Positions 58,181 to 64,000 of a DNA stretch of 64,000 nucleotides are shown piece after piece. This DNA comes from Myxococcota bacterium (GTDB lineage Bacteria; Myxococcota_A; SURF-8): contig CAXXQS010000001.1 of NCBI GenBank assembly GCA_963674735.2, positions 2,176,001 through 2,240,000 on the forward strand. The letters run 5' to 3'. The notes below the pieces were generated by a model. It searched no databases, was not told where the DNA came from, and worked only from the letters and a program-made list of their open reading frames with translations. Numbering within the stretch: position 1 is the stretch's first letter; every line of letters starts with the position of its first letter. A program made the translations under genes and the position numbers.

Positions 58181-59605
58181 TCACGCCGTCAATGCCATCT
58201 GCATCGATTTTTTTCCTGTCGCCGGTTCTTCCTTGATTTTACTGTATTTTTCAGCAGCTCGTATTATCGCTTTTGCCCAGCTTGGCGTCGCACAAGCGTG
58301 CAAATGCGTATAAAGCGCGAGAATATTGCGATGCAAGATCCCGTCGCGCCCCGCACCGACACCCGCACCGCGCAAGACAGCACAAGCCGTATCCGCCACC
58401 TTGCCTTCAACTCCGCTATAGTGGAACTCATGTCCCACAAGCTGCGTCCCGACATCGAAAAATGGGTTCGGCCGGTCGACGGACAATTCGGCGTAGCCAT
58501 GCCCCTGCGGTTTCGCATGCATCCGGACATCGATGGGTAGCGCACCGCACATCTCATACTTCCGCCCATCGTGATGGATCGACCTTGCCAAGTACATCAA
58601 GCCACCACATTCGGCATATATCGGCAACCCGGTTTTCGCCGCATCACCGATCGCTTTTCTCAATGAGCGATTTCCAACCAGATGTTCGATGTGAGTTTCC
58701 GGGAACCCGCCACCGATATACAACGCATCGATTGGGGGAAGCTGAGTATCCTCCATGGAACGGATGGTCACCAATCGGGCACCCGCACGTTCAAGAGCTT
58801 CAATATTTTCAGGATAATAGAAAGAAAAAGCACCGTCTTTTAGAATACCGATACGAACCGAGGCTGCGGGTTTATCGGCAATTTCCACCGACGCAGCCGG
58901 TATGGTAGATAAATTAGATAAACGCTCATCTAAAGCTTTAAGATCAAGATGTTTTTCGATAACTTGTCCGGCATAGGCCAGACTTTCCTCCAAGCCTTGG
59001 TACTCATCAACCGGAACCAATCCAAGATGTCGTCCGGGGATGCGATGCTCGGCGGGCAGCTTCGGAATGGCCCCCAATACAGGGATTCCACAAATTTCTT
59101 CGATAGCTTGCGTCGCAACCCGAACATGCCGCTTTCCGGCAACACGATTCAAAACTACCCCGACGAACGATACGTCCGGATCCAAATGCTGCATACCAAG
59201 AATCACAGCCGCTAACGTCCGCGTCGCTTTTGTCGCGTTGATAACGAGAAGTACGGGGGTTTTGATCAGTTTCGCCAACTCAGCCGAACTGTGCGAGCCC
59301 CGGGCACTCACACCATCGTGCAACCCACGGTTTCCTTCAATGATGGCGACATCCCCGCCACTCGCTTTCTTTGAAAAAAGCTGCGTAACCGTCTCACCGG
59401 TCATCATGTAGGTATCGAGATTGGCACAAGAAGAACCGGCGGCGGCGGCCAACCAGGCGGCATCTATATAGTCCGGACCTTTTTTGAAAACACGTACATC
59501 TCGCCCTTGCCCCCTCATGGCCGAAATCAACCCGAGAGTCACGAGGGTTTTCCCGCTATCTCCAGCCGTTCCGGCAACCAATAATCGTGGTATTTGCAAG
59601 GTCAT
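58181..59605 (-). CDS. dsrN: DsrN, siroheme amidase (cobyrinate a,c-diamide synthase family)
   Basis: GDSGKT, KKGPDYID, EGNRGL, FSFYY, AECGG and GHEFHY; directly downstream of dsrB. Confidence 0.9.
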   Translation of the reverse strand: MTLQIPRLLVAGTAGDSGKTLVTLGLISAMRGQGRDVRVFKKGPDYIDAAWLAAAAGSSCANLDTYMMTGETVTQLFSKKASGGDVAIIEGNRGLHDGVSARGSHSSAELAKLIKTPVLLVINATKATRTLAAVILGMQHLDPDVSFVGVVLNRVAGKRHVRVATQAIEEICGIPVLGAIPKLPAEHRIPGRHLGLVPVDEYQGLEESLAYAGQVIEKHLDLKALDERLSNLSTIPAASVEIADKPAASVRIGILKDGAFSFYYPENIEALERAGARLVTIRSMEDTQLPPIDALYIGGGFPETHIEHLVGNRSLRKAIGDAAKTGLPIYAECGGLMYLARSIHHDGRKYEMCGALPIDVRMHAKPQGHGYAELSVDRPNPFFDVGTQLVGHEFHYSGVEGKVADTACAVLRGAGVGAGRDGILHRNILALYTHLHACATPSWAKAIIRAAEKYSKIKEEPATGKKSMQMALTA

Positions 59606-59676
59606 TGCCAGGGTATCGAATACTCCTAAGGCTCGCAGCCTTTCGTGAGCTCCTGTTTGCGTGTTTTCTTAAACCG

Positions 59677-59707
59677 ACTCCCCCACCCGGTTTTCGGGTG
59701 GGGGAGT
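59677..59707 (-). terminator. Strong hairpin after dsrB (terminator or mRNA stabiliser)
   Basis: ACTCCCCCACCCG-gtttt-CGGGTGGGGGAGT; only a weak U tract on the coding strand. Confidence 0.65.
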
Positions 59708-59735
59708 AAATATCGTCATACGCTAAGCGTAGCTC

Positions 59736-60809
59736 TTACCAACGGAACTGAGTGGTGGAGCGATAACTGGCTTGCGCATGTTTGAAATCGTCGATGTGCT
59801 GCGGAGTGAAGGAGAAACCCGTCTCTTTGAAGAAGTTTTCCCAACCGATGCGGGCAATCCACTCACCAACGCGCTCATGCTTCTTGGCACCCTTCGCGTA
59901 ACAATCGACGATCGTCTTAATGGCGGCAACGGTCTCCGGCCAACGCGGGGGGTTATTCGGGATGTAAGGAATGGCCAGCTTCGAAAAAGCGGGACCACTG
60001 CGGGTGTTCGACACTTTGCCGCCTACCCAGATCGAGATACCATCGCCGTCCGGATCGGCCAGCGGCATACCGGGGCACATGGTGTAGCAGTTGCCGCAGT
60101 ACATGCATTTATCCTGGTTGACGGCAACCGTCTTCTCTTTCGGATTCGGACGAATCGCGAAGGTCGGGCACGCGGCCACGACGTTCGGGACTTCGCAGGA
60201 CTTATGCACCGCATCGTCCATGATGTGGGGCGGCTTGCGGTGGATACCCAGAATGGCGATATCCGAGCAATGCACGGCACCGCACATGTTCAGGCAGCAA
60301 GCCAGCGCGATGCGCAGTTTGCCGGGCAGTTTCATTTCGACGAAATACTCGAAGAGCTCGTCCATAACGGCCTTGACCGGACCCGACGCATCGGTAGCCG
60401 GCGTATGGCAGTGCACCCAACCCTGGGTGTGGACGATACTCGTGATACCGTTTCCGGTTCCACCGACGGGCAGGTTGCGACCGGCCAAATCGTCCAGCAG
60501 CGGCTGAACTTTGCTTTCGTCGCTCAGCAGGTATTCCACGTTGTGGCGGCTGGTGAAACGCAGGTAGCCGTCGCAGTATTTGTCCGCGATTTCGCAGTAT
60601 TCACGAATCGATTCGGTAGCGATCAAGCGACCGGAACCCTGACGCACGGTAAACAGTTTGTCACCGCCCTCAGCGACGTGAACCATCACGCCCGGCTTCA
60701 GGATCTCGTGATACTTCCACTTGCCGTAATTATTCTTGATAATCGGCGGGAGGAACTGTTTAAAATCAGGTGGCCCAATGTCAGTCTTTCCGTAGTATTG
60801 TTCTCCCAT
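59736..60809 (-). CDS. dsrB: Dissimilatory sulfite reductase beta subunit
   Basis: [37 protein letters not shown] and PNNPPRWP. Confidence 0.99.
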   Translation of the reverse strand: MGEQYYGKTDIGPPDFKQFLPPIIKNNYGKWKYHEILKPGVMVHVAEGGDKLFTVRQGSGRLIATESIREYCEIADKYCDGYLRFTSRHNVEYLLSDESKVQPLLDDLAGRNLPVGGTGNGITSIVHTQGWVHCHTPATDASGPVKAVMDELFEYFVEMKLPGKLRIALACCLNMCGAVHCSDIAILGIHRKPPHIMDDAVHKSCEVPNVVAACPTFAIRPNPKEKTVAVNQDKCMYCGNCYTMCPGMPLADPDGDGISIWVGGKVSNTRSGPAFSKLAIPYIPNNPPRWPETVAAIKTIVDCYAKGAKKHERVGEWIARIGWENFFKETGFSFTPQHIDDFKHAQASYRSTTQFRW

Positions 60810-60861
60810 TATACTCTCCTTTTGGCTAGTCTTGGGATGTATAATAATCGATGCTAATCAA

Positions 60862-62070
60862 TCAGCCTTTGCGACTGGCGATATCTTCCGCAACCTTTTC
60901 CTGGTCCCAGAAGTAGAACGGGTTGTCGCGCGGGTAGTTCACCATCTGAATCAGAGGCTCCATGTCGATGGCTTTAAGGAACTCACGCATGCCGACCCGG
61001 TTGATCAGTTCGCCAACGCGCTCACGCATCTTGCCATTCTCATCCCACCAATCCCAGATGTTCTCGACCAGCTCTTTAAGCTCGGTATAGGGCGATTCCA
61101 TCTTCATGAAGGGAACCAACACGTGACCAAGAATGGCACCTTCGACGATCGGGGCTTTCGCGCCGATAAGGAGGGTCGCACCACGATCTTCGCCGATGAA
61201 CAACGCTTTGGGCATCACGTTGATGCAATGCATGCAACGGGTACATTCGCTGTTCTGAATCGTCAGCTTCTTGGAAGCGGCATCGTAACGCATGCAGCGA
61301 GTCGGGCACATGAAGACGCATTCTTCCATGATGTCCGTGCCATTGTCGGCATACTCGGCCACCGCCGCATCGTCGATGCGGATGTCGTCGCGCCAGGTGC
61401 CGATGATCGACATGTCCGAACGGGCGATCGAAGCCACGCAGTCGTTGGGACAACCGGAAATCTTGAACTTGAACTTGTACGGCCACATGGGACGATGCAG
61501 CTCGTCCTGATATTCCATGGTCAGGTCTTGGCAAAGATCCATGGTATCGAAGCAGGACCATTCGCAACGAGCTTCGCCGCAGCAGCAGCTCGGCGTACGT
61601 AGGGCCGAACCCGAACCACCGAGATCGTACCCGGCATCCGACAACGCGTTGAAGGTCGGCTGCAGTTCTTCGGATGTGGTTCCGAGCAGAATGATGTCGC
61701 CCGTGGACCCATGCATGTTGGTCAAGCCGCTACCATGCTCATCCCAGATGTCGCAGATGGTGCGTAGCGCTTCAGTGGTGTAAAACCAACCCGCCGGCTG
61801 ATTCACACGAATGGTGTGGAAATGCGCCACGGCCGGAAGCTCTTCGGCCATGTCGGAGTAACGACCAATGACACCGCCGCCGTAGGTGCGCACACCCACG
61901 ATACCGCCGTGCTTCCAGTGGCCGATCCTGTCAACATAGGACTGTTCGAGCTGCGTAATAACCGCTGCGGCCATCTCGCTGGTTTTGGCTGCCTTGCGAA
62001 GCTCGGCAACAAAACTAGGCCAAGGCCCCGTCTCTAGTTGATTAAGTAGAGGAGTTTCTTTGTCTGGCAT
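60862..62070 (-). CDS. dsrA: Dissimilatory sulfite reductase alpha subunit
   Basis: [34 protein letters not shown] and [13 protein letters not shown]. Confidence 0.99.
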   Translation of the reverse strand: MPDKETPLLNQLETGPWPSFVAELRKAAKTSEMAAAVITQLEQSYVDRIGHWKHGGIVGVRTYGGGVIGRYSDMAEELPAVAHFHTIRVNQPAGWFYTTEALRTICDIWDEHGSGLTNMHGSTGDIILLGTTSEELQPTFNALSDAGYDLGGSGSALRTPSCCCGEARCEWSCFDTMDLCQDLTMEYQDELHRPMWPYKFKFKISGCPNDCVASIARSDMSIIGTWRDDIRIDDAAVAEYADNGTDIMEECVFMCPTRCMRYDAASKKLTIQNSECTRCMHCINVMPKALFIGEDRGATLLIGAKAPIVEGAILGHVLVPFMKMESPYTELKELVENIWDWWDENGKMRERVGELINRVGMREFLKAIDMEPLIQMVNYPRDNPFYFWDQEKVAEDIASRKG

Positions 62071-62404
62071 GAACTCATTCCTCCTTGTGAAAAGAGATGC
62101 TGTCTTTTTAAGGTATGGACATCATCAACACTAAGTAAAAGCAACAAACCCAAATGGTTGTCGTACTCCGTATCATTCAACGAACCGCGAACGGGCCGCC
62201 GATAGAAAGTTTATTACGCCTGTTAAAGAGCTGTAATAAAACCGAATCTCGGGATGAAAAACCAAGCGACATTATCACTGCAAGTAATCAACCGTCCAAT
62301 AAGAAATGAGTATGATTAGTATAACGAGCCGCTATGGTAACGGAACTTGAATCAAGTGCCAAGACCGCCACGCGCCCTACCCGCGGTTCGTCAACTGTTG
62401 ATAG

Positions 62405-62442
62405 AAAAAAACGTTGGGCCGATGATGTATCCGGCCCAACGT
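62405..62442 (-). terminator. Intrinsic terminator downstream of dsrD
   Basis: ACGTTGGGCCG/CGGCCCAACGT stem followed by a T run on the minus strand. Confidence 0.8.
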
Positions 62443-62464
62443 CCACGAAAAATCTCTTAACGAA

Positions 62465-62695
62465 TTACTCGCGATAATACTCAGGAAGCACCAACATGGT
62501 CGTGCTGCCGCTGGACCAGTACATCAAGCGATCCTCTGCAGTAAGCTCATTCACGGCCTTCTGCACGTCGCGCTTTTTGTAATCCTCGGCAACCATGGCC
62601 TGCACGATATCACGCATGTAGAATTTCTTCTTGGCGCCCTTGGATTTTTCTTCGAACCAACCAATGACCTTGTCTTTCAGTTCGGCATCCGCCAT
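62465..62695 (-). CDS. dsrD: DsrD
   Basis: KKKFY..D and L.YWSSGSTTM signature; about 76 aa; AAGGAG RBS. Confidence 0.93.
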   Translation of the reverse strand: MADAELKDKVIGWFEEKSKGAKKKFYMRDIVQAMVAEDYKKRDVQKAVNELTAEDRLMYWSSGSTTMLVLPEYYRE

Positions 62696-62737
62696 GTTCA
62701 TTCTCCTTCGAGCTGATTTATGGGTAATCGAAGTGGC

Positions 62738-62779
62738 ACCGACTCATGTCGGTCTACCGCAGCCGCTTGGTAATGTCAA
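62738..62779 (-). promoter_or_regulatory. Candidate dsrD promoter with overlapping palindrome
   Basis: Minus strand TTGACA-N17-TAGACC; ACCGAC-N4-GTCGGT at 62738-62753. Confidence 0.45.
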
Positions 62780-62798
62780 CTTTCTTTTGAATGGCTAT

Positions 62799-64000
62799 TC
62801 ATTTTTTTATCGAACGCGGGGCCGTAGAGCGCTGAAACTGCTCGACAACCAAGTCCACCATCGCATCAACGGCGGGCTGTTCCGGCACACACACCGAATT
62901 CACTCCTGTCTTAACCAGCGATTCAGATGTTTTGTTCCCGATACAGGCCCAAATGATGCCGTTTGGATTTTCGAATAGTCCTGGGGCCGCCCGATGTAAA
63001 GCCTGAACACCGCTACCGGAAAGGAACAGGATGGCTTCCGGCGTCCAGTTGGCCAGCTTCACGGTAAGGAAATTAACATCAAGTGAGACAGAATCGTACA
63101 AATCGACGGGAACGGGGGTGTAGCCCGCTTTGATCATGGCTTTGGGTAAACTCTGATCGGCGGCCGAGCTTCTCGGCAACAAAACCCGCGACCCGGTGGG
63201 AAGCCCTCCCGCCTGCAGCATCTTGGCCAATTGTCCGGCTCCGGTTTTCTCGGGAGTCAGATCGGCCATAACTCCTTGTCGCCGCAAAGCCTCTAAAACC
63301 GTGGGACTGGCGGCAGCCAAGGTGTGCTGAGCCAAACGACGCACGTCCATGCCGATTCGATTCAGACGTTTGAAGAAAAGGTCGACGGCAATGGCGCTTG
63401 TGAACGCGATGGCATCAACTTGATCCAACTCGTCAATTGCCCGATCGATGGCCGGATCCTCCCGGCGCTCTTCGGCACTTACGACCGGAAGGTCCAGCAC
63501 TTCCGCACCCATCAAGCGCAATCGATGAACCGCTTCATACTGCGATTCCGCGGCCCGCGTAAACAAAACACGCTTACCCGCCAAGGGCCGGTCCGGCAGC
63601 CAGGCCAGCTCTTGGGCAAGATTCACCACGTTCCCGACCACCAGCAGTCCGGGCGGTCGAATTCCCGCCTCGCGGGCCTTTGCGGCGATCGAAGCCAGAT
63701 CGGAAATGATTTCGCGCTGCGCGCCGGTGGTCGCCCGTTCTAAAACCATGGCGGGCATCTCGGCACTTAATCCATGCTTCACCAGTTCGCCCGATACGGT
63801 TTCCAGGGAAGCGACTCCCATATAAAAAACGAGGGTATGATCGAGACGCGCCAAGGCTTCCCAAGGCAGATCCACTTGTTTATCTTTGGCGAAATGGGCG
63901 GTCATAACGGTCAGCCCACGTGAAACCTCCCGATGCGTGACCGGCACTCCTGCATAAGCGGTTCCGGCGATTCCCGCCGTTGCACCGGGGACAACTTCAT
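62799..64000 (-). CDS. cobA: Uroporphyrinogen-III C-methyltransferase/synthase fusion (CobA-HemD), 5' end outside the window
   Basis: EVVPGATAGIAGTAYAGVPVTHR and FYMGV, then HemD part PLAGKRVLFTR, FTSA and CIG..T. Confidence 0.92.
   Translation of the reverse strand, partial: EVVPGATAGIAGTAYAGVPVTHREVSRGLTVMTAHFAKDKQVDLPWEALARLDHTLVFYMGVASLETVSGELVKHGLSAEMPAMVLERATTGAQREIISDLASIAAKAREAGIRPPGLLVVGNVVNLAQELAWLPDRPLAGKRVLFTRAAESQYEAVHRLRLMGAEVLDLPVVSAEERREDPAIDRAIDELDQVDAIAFTSAIAVDLFFKRLNRIGMDVRRLAQHTLAAASPTVLEALRRQGVMADLTPEKTGAGQLAKMLQAGGLPTGSRVLLPRSSAADQSLPKAMIKAGYTPVPVDLYDSVSLDVNFLTVKLANWTPEAILFLSGSGVQALHRAAPGLFENPNGIIWACIGNKTSESLVKTGVNSVCVPEQPAVDAMVDLVVEQFQRSTAPRSIKK

Noticed and set aside
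57503-58540. 345-aa plus-strand ORF
   Set aside because: Antisense to the TPR gene and dsrN; no recognisable features.
59772-60857. 361-aa plus-strand ORF
   Set aside because: Antisense shadow of dsrB.
62345-62362. sigma-54 promoter for dsrA (TTGGCAC on the minus strand)
   Set aside because: The -12 TTGC element is absent at the required spacing.

Overview
A GC-rich bacterial chromosome segment from an anaerobe-type organism. A deltaproteobacterial/Myxococcota-like lineage is inferred from gene content only. Left to right: (1) a lipid-catabolism block, with a FadN-type beta-oxidation enzyme divergent from a lipoprotein-DUF1302-DUF1329-YCF48-RND/MMPL envelope-transport operon, and an ADP-forming acyl-CoA synthetase; the fadN and synthetase promoters share a TGAATGA-N4-TCATTCA-type operator at the same position; (2) gpx, a TPR protein, and rplM-rpsI, where rplM carries three 1-nt insertions that are almost certainly sequencing errors; (3) a TPP riboswitch controlling a non-Cys, sulfide-dependent Thi4; (4) two hybrid histidine kinases, dodecin, an MBL-fold protein, YjbQ, and a DUF5610-like gene with a sigma-28-type promoter; (5) a six-gene mevalonate cluster; (6) large surface lipoproteins, including a ~1870-aa lipoprotein-anchored teneurin-like RHS/YD protein with a poly-Asp C-terminus and no obvious immunity gene, plus YfhO, MltF, a flavin/2Fe-2S reductase and an M15 peptidase; (7) a reductive-type dissimilatory sulfite reduction cluster in the order cobA/hemD-dsrD | dsrAB-dsrN-TPR-dsrC-dsrT-dsrMKJOP, with short-form DsrAB. 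I saw no rRNA, tRNA, CRISPR array or mobile element. All family assignments come from motif recognition by eye; no database searches were run.
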